DNA from: Candidatus Poribacteria bacterium
GTDB taxonomy: Bacteria; Poribacteria; WGA-4E; WGA-3G
DNA: 64,000 nt
NCBI GenBank assembly: GCA_965197475.1
Contig: CBDANF010000003.1
Coordinates: forward strand, 1,952,001-2,016,000
Direction: 5' to 3'
The position numbers were made by a program, and so were the translations under genes. Numbering within the stretch: the first letter of the stretch is position 1; the number at the start of each line of letters is the position of its first letter. The notes beneath the pieces are model-generated. The model made no database searches and was not told where the DNA came from. It saw only the letters and a program-made list of their open reading frames with translations. This document shows positions 27,750-36,940 of this stretch, piece by piece.

Positions 27750-29618
27750 ATGGCAACAAAAAACTATATTCCCCCTGAAACTATTGAGGAAATTCGGAGT
27801 CGGAACAATATAGTGGATGTCATCTCAGAATGTGGTGTCCCTCTTAAACAAGTCGGACCGAACTACAAAGCACTATGTCCTTTTCATCAAGAAAAGACAC
27901 CCTCTTTTTCGGTGTCACCAGAAATGCAGGTATTCAAATGTTTTGGGTGCGAAACAGGCGGTAATGTCTTCGGTTTCCTGCAAAAACATGAAGGGAAAAC
28001 CTTCATAGAAGCAGTTGAATGGCTTGCAGATCGAGCGAATATTCCGTTGCCAACACGAGACCCACAATCCAGCGCACGTCAAAAACTCATCAACGACTTA
28101 AGTGAACTTAACAAGTTTGCCGTGAAATACTACCATGAGTTACTTCGCACTGGACAACACAGTCTTCAAGCACGTGAATATCTCAAAAACCGCGGTGTAC
28201 TTTCACAAACCGTACATCATTTCCAACTCGGTTATGCAAAACCGCAACGGCGTGATTTGGTAAAAGCAGCAACACATGAGGGGTGGACAGTTCAGCAATT
28301 GGTTGACGCTGGGTTGATTAAGAACGAAGATCAAGGTCCTCAGGATCGTTTTTGGAATAGAATTTTGTTCCCTATTCATAATGAGCGAGGCGTACCTGTC
28401 GGTTTTGGAGGACGCTCACTATCTGATGAACATCAACCGAAATACCTAAATTCACCCGGAACAGTCCTATATAATAAAAGCAAAATCCTTTTCAATCTTG
28501 ACAAAGCGAGACAATCTATATCCAGAAAACAGTCGGCGATTCTTGTAGAAGGGTATATGGATGTACTGATGCTGAATCAACACGGTATTGAAAACGTCAT
28601 TGCTTCATCAGGAACATCTCTAAGCGTAGAACACGCGGCACTGTTGAAGCGGTATACGCCCGAAGTCGTCATCGTTTTTGATGGTGATGCCTCTGGATTG
28701 CAAGCTGCGCAACGTGGGTTGCATAGGCTCATCGGTGAAGAGATACGTGTGCGTATAGCCTTAATGCCGAAAGGTGATGATCCGGATTCGTTTGTTAAGC
28801 AGAACGGTGCCGATGCTTTTAACGACCTAATTGGCAAAGCGATAAACCTTGTTGAATTTCAAATTCAATCTGCAATTCAAGGAAACAACATCCGACACCC
28901 CGAAGTCAAGACTCAAGTCGTTAAAGATATTAGCGCGATCCTTGTAAATATCAAAAACCGTGTTGAACGGACAGAATATGTAAAATACACCGTGCGAGAA
29001 CTTGAGGTAGACGAAGGATTACTTTGGCGTGAATTGCAAGATTTAGGGTTAAAAGAATCCCCCGCTCGCGCTAATGCGGCAAGCCGAAAAACAACCTCAA
29101 AAAAGTTGTCGGCACGCGAACAAATCGAACTGCAATTCGTCCAATCTTTAATCCAAGATCCAGAACATATTTCCACCATTAAAACGCAGTTTGATTGTCA
29201 AGATATTACCGATCCGGACCTCGCAAAAATCGCACAAATGCTCTGGGATGCAACCGAAAACGATGAAGCCATTGATATTCACCACATTCTCAATACTTGT
29301 CCAGATGAAACTCTCAAAAGCATTATCTCAAACGCACTAATCAGTAAAAAGAACATTCCCAACTATCATGTGAGGATAAAGGGGTGTCTCAATAAACTAA
29401 AAAGCTATATGATACAAGACCTTGAACAATCTGTCCGTTCGAACGCTTTTGCAGAAGGGAACGATGATCTTGAAAAGCTTAAGGAACTCGTAGAGCTATC
29501 AAATGAAAGGCGCGCTGTTGTTCAAAAAAATCGTATCAAACAAGCACAAAATTCACAGCAGTCTGACGAGGAAATAAAAGCCTTAGAAAGTACTAACAAC
29601 ATTAAAAAGGAGAACTAA
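27750..29618 (+). CDS. dnaG: DNA primase
   Basis: CPFHQEKTPSF/FKCFGC Zn finger, GFGGR, PKYLNSP, VEGYMD, FDGDASG, DPD TOPRIM motifs. Confidence 0.98.
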   Translation: MATKNYIPPETIEEIRSRNNIVDVISECGVPLKQVGPNYKALCPFHQEKTPSFSVSPEMQVFKCFGCETGGNVFGFLQKHEGKTFIEAVEWLADRANIPLPTRDPQSSARQKLINDLSELNKFAVKYYHELLRTGQHSLQAREYLKNRGVLSQTVHHFQLGYAKPQRRDLVKAATHEGWTVQQLVDAGLIKNEDQGPQDRFWNRILFPIHNERGVPVGFGGRSLSDEHQPKYLNSPGTVLYNKSKILFNLDKARQSISRKQSAILVEGYMDVLMLNQHGIENVIASSGTSLSVEHAALLKRYTPEVVIVFDGDASGLQAAQRGLHRLIGEEIRVRIALMPKGDDPDSFVKQNGADAFNDLIGKAINLVEFQIQSAIQGNNIRHPEVKTQVVKDISAILVNIKNRVERTEYVKYTVRELEVDEGLLWRELQDLGLKESPARANAASRKTTSKKLSAREQIELQFVQSLIQDPEHISTIKTQFDCQDITDPDLAKIAQMLWDATENDEAIDIHHILNTCPDETLKSIISNALISKKNIPNYHVRIKGCLNKLKSYMIQDLEQSVRSNAFAEGNDDLEKLKELVELSNERRAVVQKNRIKQAQNSQQSDEEIKALESTNNIKKEN

Positions 29619-29621
29619 CCG

Positions 29622-31229
29622 GTGGATTTAGGAAATACACACCCGCTTGATTTTAATGAATCTGAAAACACGGATCAGGTCGAATTTGATGATTTATCCG
29701 AATTTTCTCCAGGCGAGATCAGCGAACGCGAGGATCCGATTAAAGTCTATCTACGCGACATAGGGAAAATTCCGTTGATTGATAAAGAAAAAGAGATCGA
29801 ATTATCTCAACAAATTGAGATGGGACTACGCCAAGAACAAGAAGCAACATTCGCTACGCGACTCGCAGCAGCAGAGGTGCGAAAACTTCTATACAAAATC
29901 ATTATCGCTAAAAAACGAGCCTCTGATATTATTGATATGCAGGTTTCCAGTAACTCAACCCAAGATAAGGAGCGAAAACTGCGCGGAAAAGTAGAAAAGA
30001 TGATGGGGATCATCGAAAAGTTAGAATTGGAATATCTTGTTGCTGCCAAGGAAGCTGCTAAGAACAATTCGTTTGTGGAATTTGAAAATGTTCGAAGCCA
30101 CGCCACTTTTGTCAAAAACTTGGAGCGACTGAAGATTGACCGAGAAGAAATTAGCAAAATCTCAGGACAGGTCATAGAGGTTGAACGTAATATCAGTGAA
30201 CGAGAACAAGAAATCGCACGACTCCAAAAACAACATAATATCCCATCAGAATGGTTAGACGGAAGACTCAACTCCAAAACGCATAATTTCAAAACGGATG
30301 TTGTAAAAGAGGCATATATCATCATTGTCCGCTATCAACGCGAAATTCAACAATATATCAACACTATCGGTATCTCACGCGACGCGCTCCAAGCTATTAG
30401 CAAACAAATTCGTATCGGTGAAGCCAATGCTGAAGATGCCAAAAATGCAATTGTTGCAGCAAACCTCAGGTTAGTCGTTAGTATTGCCAAGAAATATAGG
30501 CAGCAAGCCCCCGGTCTTGAATTTCGTGATCTAATTCAGGAGGGTAACATCGGTTTAATGAGAGCTGTTGAGAAGTTTGATTATCAACGCGGCTACAAGT
30601 TTAGCACTTACGCCACTTGGTGGATAAAACAGGGCATCAGCCGTGCTATTGCAGACCAAGGACGCACTATTCGCATTCCAGTGCACATGCATGAGCGAAT
30701 TAACAAAATGAGGCGGACTGAACGCTCACTACTCCAAGAATTGGGACGGCGACCTACACCAGAGGAGGTCGCTGAAGATATGGGAATTCCACCAGAAAAA
30801 GTCAGGGAAGTTTTGAGAATTGTGCCAGAAACCGTATCATTAGAAACGCCAATCGGGGACGAAGACGATGACAGTCAGTTGGGCGATTTCATTGAAGATG
30901 CGACTGTCCTATCGCCAGCCACAGAAGCTGAGCTTAGCATTCTCAAAGAACGTATCCAAGAAGCTCTTACCGATCTGTCTGAACGTGAACGGGAGGTAAT
31001 TATCCTCCGATTCGGTATTGAGGACGATCCTGTGAACCCATTGTTGTCTGAAACAACTCGCAAACGGATTGCTATGCTTTGCATTACAACCGGTTATCCA
31101 AAGACGCTTGAAGAGGTCGGTGTCGTTTTTGATGTCACCCGTGAGCGTATCCGCCAAATTGAGGCGAAAGCCCTCCGCAAGCTCCGCCATCCTATCCGAA
31201 GCCATCGCCTGCGCGGCTTCATCGAATAA
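29622..31229 (+). CDS. rpoD: Primary sigma factor RpoD
   Basis: [53 protein letters not shown]...[10 protein letters not shown]; follows dnaG; GTG start after AGGAG. Confidence 0.97.
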   Translation: MDLGNTHPLDFNESENTDQVEFDDLSEFSPGEISEREDPIKVYLRDIGKIPLIDKEKEIELSQQIEMGLRQEQEATFATRLAAAEVRKLLYKIIIAKKRASDIIDMQVSSNSTQDKERKLRGKVEKMMGIIEKLELEYLVAAKEAAKNNSFVEFENVRSHATFVKNLERLKIDREEISKISGQVIEVERNISEREQEIARLQKQHNIPSEWLDGRLNSKTHNFKTDVVKEAYIIIVRYQREIQQYINTIGISRDALQAISKQIRIGEANAEDAKNAIVAANLRLVVSIAKKYRQQAPGLEFRDLIQEGNIGLMRAVEKFDYQRGYKFSTYATWWIKQGISRAIADQGRTIRIPVHMHERINKMRRTERSLLQELGRRPTPEEVAEDMGIPPEKVREVLRIVPETVSLETPIGDEDDDSQLGDFIEDATVLSPATEAELSILKERIQEALTDLSEREREVIILRFGIEDDPVNPLLSETTRKRIAMLCITTGYPKTLEEVGVVFDVTRERIRQIEAKALRKLRHPIRSHRLRGFIE

Positions 31230-31276
31230 TCGCAATTATCATTTCAAAATACCAACTACCAGAATTGCATTAAAAC

Positions 31277-31305
31277 TTGATCTTTAATTAGAAACAAGGT
31301 ATAAT
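31277..31305 (+). promoter_or_regulatory. Sigma70 promoter of the tRNA pair
   Basis: TTGATC-17-TATAAT. Confidence 0.7.
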
Positions 31306-31318
31306 TAAAAAACAGTAA

Positions 31319-31391
31319 GGGTCCATAGCTCAGTGGTTAGAGCCGCCGGCTCATAACCGGCTGGTCCTAGGTTCGAGTCCTAGTGGGCCCA
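31319..31391 (+). tRNA. tRNA with CAT anticodon, most likely Ile2 (lysidine)
   Basis: Cloverleaf with GGGTCCA/TGGGCCC acceptor stem and anticodon loop CTCATAA. The G1-C72 pair excludes initiator tRNA; acceptor sequence and position after rpoD favour Ile2. Confidence 0.9.
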
Positions 31392-31402
31392 TCTCCTCAC
31401 AT

Positions 31403-31475
31403 GGGGCGTTAGCTCAGGGGTACGAGCACTACCTTCACACGGTAGAAGTCACTGGTTCAAATCCAGTACGCCCCA
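31403..31475 (+). tRNA. tRNA-Val(CAC)
   Basis: GGGGCGT/ACGCCCC acceptor stem, CTACC-TTCACAC-GGTAG anticodon arm, GGTTCAAATCC T arm. Confidence 0.96.
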
Positions 31476-31777
31476 TTGGTTAAGCGAAAGTGCCCCACCT
31501 ACCGAACAAAGATGTTTCGGATTAAATTCTGACAAATTGTGTAAATCCTAAAATCTACCTTTTTGGAGGAATAAAAAGTGCATTATCCAACCCTATTATC
31601 TGTTATTCCCTTTTGCAAACATAACCTTGTCATAACGTTTGATGTTTTCGCTTTGCAAAAAAGCTAAACTTTTTCTGGTGAAACGTATATATTAAGTATA
31701 ATAGGTGATCACTATGTTATTTTATAGTTGAAACGATTTGATTTTCTCGCAATTCCACCTTTGAAGGGAGTCAACTG

Positions 31778-32416
31778 ATGATGCTTCAACGCGGTCCACA
31801 TAACTCAGGTAAGTGTCCGTTCCATATTGTTCCCGAAGCCCCGCTCTCTGCTAAGGCATCAATATATCATTGTGTTGATTGTGTTATAGCAAACAACGCG
31901 CGGTTGGAAAGTCGCAGGGAAGACTTCCATCAAATTGCCATGTTAACGGTTCTGGAAGCAATGTCAAAGTATGATCCGAACCATCAAAGCGGTGCCAGTT
32001 TAACTACGTTTGTCAAGTCCAGCGTGTGTAAACGGCTCTGGGCGGTGCGGGGGAAGGAACTAAAATATCTTTCATTTCCACATGACGAACAACTCATGGA
32101 TGATGAGAACTATAAACAAAATCCGTTAGTTGCTGGTTTAAATGCCGAAGCGTGTACGCATGAAACAGTGGAAGATGAAGTGATTCGGCAGCTTGAGGTG
32201 GAACAATTCTGTGAACATTTACCGCAATTTTTGGCAAAACTCACCGAGCAACAACGCCGTGTACTCGAAATGAAGTTTTTCGAAGAACGCAGCGGTGTTG
32301 AGATAGCCAAATATCTCGGCATCTCTAAAGGTAGAGTTAGCCAAATTCTGAAGACCGCTTTGGAAAAGGTGAAAAAGGCGTATCTCCTTGCACTGGAAAC
32401 AGGTTTTAACATTTAG
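31778..32416 (+). CDS. Alternative sigma70-family factor (regions 2 and 4 only)
   Basis: REDFHQIAMLTVLEAMSKYDP..GASLTTF (region 2) and LTEQQRRVLEMKFFEERSGVEIAKYLGISKGRVSQI (region 4). Confidence 0.88.
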   Translation: MMLQRGPHNSGKCPFHIVPEAPLSAKASIYHCVDCVIANNARLESRREDFHQIAMLTVLEAMSKYDPNHQSGASLTTFVKSSVCKRLWAVRGKELKYLSFPHDEQLMDDENYKQNPLVAGLNAEACTHETVEDEVIRQLEVEQFCEHLPQFLAKLTEQQRRVLEMKFFEERSGVEIAKYLGISKGRVSQILKTALEKVKKAYLLALETGFNI

Positions 32417-32591
32417 TACAGAGGTGTTGAAACGACTGAAGACAATTCCAGATAAAGAAAGGTAAATACGTTGAGATTATTGCCTTAGTAATAATATTCG
32501 GTGATATTCCACCGACATTAAAGTCAACGTTCCCGACGTTGACTTTATGAAAGACCGGCACCCGTGTGGGTGCCAAAAGGAGATGACGAAA

Positions 32592-34151
32592 ATGTTGAAC
32601 AAGACAACTTTGATTGCAGCTGCAATAGTTTCCCTATGTTTGCTCAGTTTTATCGGTTATAGTGATGCGTTTGAAATTAGTCAATTCATACCTCAGTCAG
32701 GTTCATATAAAGAGACCCTCATTGACATGGAATGTGGGAGCCACAACATTTATATAGAAACAGATACACCATTTAATACAGTCACTGTTTCTGTTACTGA
32801 TGCCTCTGGGAACTTTATCTGTTCACAAACTGAAAACGGAGATACGACAGAACAAATAAGTACTCTCATCTACATACCTTACAGCTACTTTTCAGACGCA
32901 AGCACCAGTGGTGTTAATTATACGATTTCAGTAGTAACATGGGGCTGGGACGGTGATGATGTATTACGTAAGGATACCGACTCCTACACGATCAAAGTCT
33001 ATGAACCTATCACTATTGAATATGTTGGATACGGTTCTGGTAGTTCAGAGAATATGATTGCTGGTGAAACTCACTACGGTTATGCGCAATTTGGCGAACC
33101 TTTCTTATTCGTCGATTGGTATGTAAGAGGTCCAGGCGAAACTGGACTTGGAACACTCGTGAATACAGACTGTGGTGATGGAACTTCAGCCATTTCTTAT
33201 TTTTCCCATGCGTTTGCCAGCGGCAGTACAACGGGTGAAGAGTACGAGATTACGGCTTATGCTTGGCCAGCCAGCAGTGAGGATTTCTCATCCGACCTCG
33301 GTGGATTTAATTGGGATTCCTACACCGTGACGGTATGGACTCCGCCTGAAGAAGTCATCACTACGCCAGACGAGCTCACAATTACAGACGACATCAAAAT
33401 TGGCGATTCTTATGCGTTTACTGTTGATGCCACATCCTCAAGTAGTAACTATGTTATTGATGAAATAGAGGTGTTTGTAGATGGAGTTTCTATAGCATCA
33501 CAAAGTTTCTCTGGGATAGGCAGTGCTTCACTAAATGTTACTGGTTCTCTTTCAACAGCTGCGGGCTCAAGTACGACTGTTACTGCAAGTATTAAAGGAG
33601 CCATATTGAAGGGCGGTATTCGGTTTGGAGCACTCTTTATATTCGATAGGATATGGACTGGGATTTTAAGGGGTACCGTTTGGGGTTATTGCCAATGTGC
33701 TGACGATGGTGATGAATTGGATAACAAGAGGTCAGTTGCATACACCTGCACAGTTGAGTCTGAATCGGGATCACAGGATGAACAACAAACTGATTACCGC
33801 GATAATTCTACGTCGGTTAAATGGACAGTTAGTACTGTGACACTTACAGATGAAGGAACAGATTGGACAACAGTTCATGGCAAATATTCCTTTCCGAATG
33901 ACGTGCCTTTTGGATTTGATGTCACGTTATGGCTCAAGTCTGATGATCTTCACGATCATGGTCAGTGCGGTCAAGCGACGCAGAAGCTAGTTTGTAAGTA
34001 TCAAGAGGATACGAACATTGGTAAGATAGGCAGGACTATCCTGAGATGGATTCCCCGGGACTGGGATAGGTTTCAGCATAACTTTAATGAATCACCCGTA
34101 ACCACATACGATCCCTGTGACGACCCTTATCCTGTTGAATTTGACGATTAA
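32592..34151 (+). CDS. Secreted acidic protein with about 3 Ig-like domains and a C-terminal carboxypeptidase-regulatory-like domain
   Basis: Signal peptide MLNKTTLIAAAIVSLCLLSFIGYSDA after AAGGAG; repeats STSGVNYTISV...DSYTIKVYEP and STTGEEYEITA...DSYTVTVWTP; C-terminal IWTGILRGTVWG...GKYSFPNDVPFG. Confidence 0.8.
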   Translation: MLNKTTLIAAAIVSLCLLSFIGYSDAFEISQFIPQSGSYKETLIDMECGSHNIYIETDTPFNTVTVSVTDASGNFICSQTENGDTTEQISTLIYIPYSYFSDASTSGVNYTISVVTWGWDGDDVLRKDTDSYTIKVYEPITIEYVGYGSGSSENMIAGETHYGYAQFGEPFLFVDWYVRGPGETGLGTLVNTDCGDGTSAISYFSHAFASGSTTGEEYEITAYAWPASSEDFSSDLGGFNWDSYTVTVWTPPEEVITTPDELTITDDIKIGDSYAFTVDATSSSSNYVIDEIEVFVDGVSIASQSFSGIGSASLNVTGSLSTAAGSSTTVTASIKGAILKGGIRFGALFIFDRIWTGILRGTVWGYCQCADDGDELDNKRSVAYTCTVESESGSQDEQQTDYRDNSTSVKWTVSTVTLTDEGTDWTTVHGKYSFPNDVPFGFDVTLWLKSDDLHDHGQCGQATQKLVCKYQEDTNIGKIGRTILRWIPRDWDRFQHNFNESPVTTYDPCDDPYPVEFDD

Positions 34152-34165
34152 GACTTCCGCGTATT

Positions 34166-34214
34166 TATATTAACAAGTTATAGGCACCACTTGGCACCTA
34201 TAACTTGTTAATAT
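34166..34214 (+). terminator. Long perfect stem-loop after the secreted-protein gene
   Basis: TATATTAACAAGTTATAGG-loop-CCTATAACTTGTTAATAT. Confidence 0.6.
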
Positions 34215-34333
34215 AACGTGAGTTCGGTATAAGCAATTTTTAGGAATTGGTGCGGTTAGAAACCGCACCTACCGAGGCTATCAGGTAGAATTCGAAGTAT
34301 TAAGAACTTCATATCTTACACCGAACGTACGTT
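34215..34333. mobile_element. MITE (TIR AACGTGAGTTCGG) with a REP hairpin
   Basis: 5-bp TSD AATAT; same family as 24851-24990; internal GGTGCGGTTAGAAACCGCACCTAC. Confidence 0.85.
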
Positions 34334-34356
34334 AATATAAACTTAAGGAACACACA

Positions 34357-34875
34357 ATGCGCAAACACGTTCATCCAATTTTCAACAATCGAACGGTTCC
34401 TATATTTATAATCTTACTGGCAATATTGGTTTTTATTGCTATTAATATGGCTGCAGAGCCCATCCTTTTGATATGGCATAATCTGTTTCGCGGAACGGTT
34501 TATGGTAAACTCATTGATGTCATTGACATTCCGGCTGGTGCAAGGCGAGTCAGTTACGCGAACAGTTCAGCTTTTCACGCTATTCCTGATCCTGTTGGAA
34601 GTGTAAAAGTTTCCTGGTATGCTATCGGTAGAACTAGACCAAAAAATTTCCTCGTTTTTACAAGTTCTACAGGCAATTACAACTTTATTCGCGAAGTACC
34701 GGTAGGGCAAACGCTAATCGTCAGAAGAACATTGAAGAATGGGGAGATCATCGAAAAGTATGTCCGTATTAAGAATACCAAATCGTTCCTTGGACTCCCT
34801 ATAGACAATGGAAGTCCGACCCAGCTTAATTTTACGAAAACCACTAAAATATCGATTGCGAATTCTAACCGTTAA
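34357..34875 (+). CDS. Membrane-anchored carboxypeptidase-regulatory/transthyretin-like beta-sandwich protein
   Basis: MRKHVHPIFNNR, TM helix, WHNLFRGTVYGKL...FTSSTGNYNFIREVPVG...FLGLP. Confidence 0.75.
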   Translation: MRKHVHPIFNNRTVPIFIILLAILVFIAINMAAEPILLIWHNLFRGTVYGKLIDVIDIPAGARRVSYANSSAFHAIPDPVGSVKVSWYAIGRTRPKNFLVFTSSTGNYNFIREVPVGQTLIVRRTLKNGEIIEKYVRIKNTKSFLGLPIDNGSPTQLNFTKTTKISIANSNR

Positions 34876-34910
34876 CACTTTACAATTCTACTTTTTACAA
34901 GGAGGTCACA

Positions 34911-36104
34911 ATGCGTTATCTATTCAGGTTTATTCTTTGCTGTGTTGTGTTTTCTGTTTACATGCTTACACCTATTGACGCAATAAAACTGAAAGATTTT
35001 AAATACTTAGGACTCATTCACCCGAATGTTTTTTCACCGGATGGCAATCGTCAAATTCTGATTGTGGAAAACAGATATCCTGGTGGATCCGTATTTTCAC
35101 TTAGGATTTGGACGATGGGTAAGAAGGGAACGCAACGTTTTGGTATTCATTCCCTCACCCCTGTCTATAAAGAGGTGGTCGCGGTTCCTGGTGGAAATAA
35201 TATTGGTTTTGTGGAGTTTGATACAACCCGCGGTTATAGTGTTCATATCCTTATGCCGGATACACTGGAGGCACAGCGGGATCTCGCTTACGAAAACAGC
35301 AGCCCTATAGAGCAGCTCCAATTTTCCAAAGATGGACAGTACTACTGTTTCTTTCTATCCTTCAAACCACACCCGTTTCAGTCGTTGGAGCAAAAGATGA
35401 GTAAAAAAGTTTCTTTAGTACTCCAACCTCCAGGGTGGATGATCTACAAAAAAGATGGGGATTTTACTCCGAATAAGGATGGCGGCCTCATTTTCTCTAA
35501 GCAAGAAAAAGAAGCGTTTACAGAGTGGGCACCGATTGAAAAACCGAAAGTGATTCCGAAGCTTTTCACACAACCGATGCCTAAAATTACCTTGGAAACG
35601 CAGGTGCAATGGTCCCCAGATTCGAAATATATCTATGTTTTAGATGACACAGGTATCTGGCGAGTAAAACCAATTCCTACCTATTTTCCAATGTGGACGA
35701 AGGTGGTAAACGCGAAAAGGGTGCTTCGATTTCGTCTCTCACAGACAGGAAACAAGTTATTGTATGAAATAACTCCAGATTTGAAAGCTCAATCTGATGT
35801 GGAAATAAGAAAGGACCCGCATGGATTGGAAAACGAAATTTGGTTGGTATCCCTCGACCCGATCAACGTTGAAAAAGCGTTACCTACAAAAGCCGAGGCA
35901 ATAGCAGCGAGAGGTCCCGTATGGCAACTTGATGTAACCACAGAACTGTCTCCCCGAAAAATTGCAAAAGGATGGGGCGCCTCCTTTAATCCTTATGGTA
36001 AGTCAGTAAATTATGCTGACCTTGAAGGTGGGAAGATATTAAACCTTGAAACAATGAAATCTGGGCTTGTTGAGTGGACAGCGAGAAAGACTTTGAGGTT
36101 TTAA
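34911..36104 (+). CDS. Secreted TolB/WD40-like beta-propeller protein
   Basis: Signal peptide ending IDA; FSPDG, FSKDG, WSPDSKY, LSQTGNKLLY, FNPYG blades; AGGAGG RBS. Confidence 0.75.
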   Translation: MRYLFRFILCCVVFSVYMLTPIDAIKLKDFKYLGLIHPNVFSPDGNRQILIVENRYPGGSVFSLRIWTMGKKGTQRFGIHSLTPVYKEVVAVPGGNNIGFVEFDTTRGYSVHILMPDTLEAQRDLAYENSSPIEQLQFSKDGQYYCFFLSFKPHPFQSLEQKMSKKVSLVLQPPGWMIYKKDGDFTPNKDGGLIFSKQEKEAFTEWAPIEKPKVIPKLFTQPMPKITLETQVQWSPDSKYIYVLDDTGIWRVKPIPTYFPMWTKVVNAKRVLRFRLSQTGNKLLYEITPDLKAQSDVEIRKDPHGLENEIWLVSLDPINVEKALPTKAEAIAARGPVWQLDVTTELSPRKIAKGWGASFNPYGKSVNYADLEGGKILNLETMKSGLVEWTARKTLRF

Positions 36105-36145
36105 GTAACTTCATTAGATACCCTTCGATTTTCGTACACAAGTAT

Positions 36146-36183
36146 AGCAAGTAGAGAAAACCATCCGGTTTCCTCTACTTGCT
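36146..36183 (+). terminator. Stem-loop after the propeller gene
   Basis: AGCAAGTAGAG...CTCTACTTGCT inverted repeat. Confidence 0.55.
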
Positions 36184-36206
36184 GTCACGTCTAAAGGAGA
36201 CACAAA

Positions 36207-36395
36207 ATGCCAAAGCATAAACCAGTTCATCCAATCTTAAACAACCGGTGGAATCCTGTGATTGAATTCGTAAGTGATATTCTACTTTATATATTTTTGG
36301 TGTAGTTGGGATAGTGTGTGGTGTTAGTTAGGATTGTGTGCCACAGGCTTTTTGAGGAAGGAATTTGCCACAAGATCGCCATCGAAAAGCAGAGC
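36207..36395 (+). pseudogene. Decayed paralog of 34357..34875
   Basis: AAGGAG RBS; MPKHKPVHPILNNRWNPVIEFVSDILLYIFLV then stop at 36305; a degenerate RIVCHRLFEEGICHKIAIEK follows, matching ENVWRGFFEGTIYGKVVMEK. Confidence 0.7.
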
Positions 36396-36473
36396 CATTT
36401 GAAGGGGTTACAAAGATCACAAGAGTAATTCGTGACAATTGAATGTCTCTCTCATACCTAAAGGAGATACGCA

Positions 36474-36934
36474 ATGCCAAAGCATAAAACAGTTCATCCA
36501 ATCTTAAACAATCGGTGGCTACCCGTATTGGGATTCATAGCTTGGATATTGTTTTCAATCCTTAGCGGGATAGCTGAAAATGTATGGCGCGGGTTTTTCG
36601 AAGGGACAATTTACGGCAAAGTTGTTATGGAGAAAGGTGATACCGCTCCGCAACATGTTGAAATATTGAGATTTCGTGGAGTGCTGGTTCTGTAACAAAG
36701 CAGTGTACGCCAGTTTTTACGAATTCCAAAGGTGAGTACCGCTTTGATCGTGATGTACCGGTTGGGTATCACCTTAACATGACCGCAAAATATGGAAAAT
36801 ACCGCAAGATCAGAATAAATGTGGGTGAAATTGAGGGTGTAAAATGGTTTCTTGGATTGCCTGTCTCGTCGGGCATACCGAAGCGGGTTGATTTTACGAT
36901 ACCCGATATACCGCCTCCGATTGTTGACAATTAA
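36474..36934 (+). pseudogene. Frameshifted paralog of 34357..34875
   Basis: The 73-aa ORF continues in another frame after about 36660: NIEISWSAGS...VFTNSKGEYRFDRDVPVG...WFLGLPVSSGIPKRVDFT, stop at 36932-36934. Confidence 0.85.
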
Positions 36935-36940
36935 TAGACA

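Noticed and set aside
31026-31091. RpoD insert as a demonstrable duplication-plus-spacer event
   Set aside because: The length is 66 nt, but flanking identity at that period is only about 8 of 27 nt, which is background.
31664-31690. CTAAAC-N14-CGTA as the cognate promoter of the orphan sigma factor
   Set aside because: Spacing is short for ECF-type promoters, and I could not find a second copy upstream of the other genes in the locus.
36650-36670. Programmed frameshift in the 36474 gene
   Set aside because: No slippery heptamer or homopolymer; a single lost G in GTT GGA AAT explains it (mutation or sequencing error).
31476-36934. Prophage or integrative element at tRNA-Val
   Set aside because: No integrase, no phage genes and no duplicated tRNA 3' end found at the far boundary.
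34357-36934. Diversity-generating retroelement among the paralogous cassettes
   Set aside because: No reverse transcriptase, and the copies differ at all base types rather than only at adenines.
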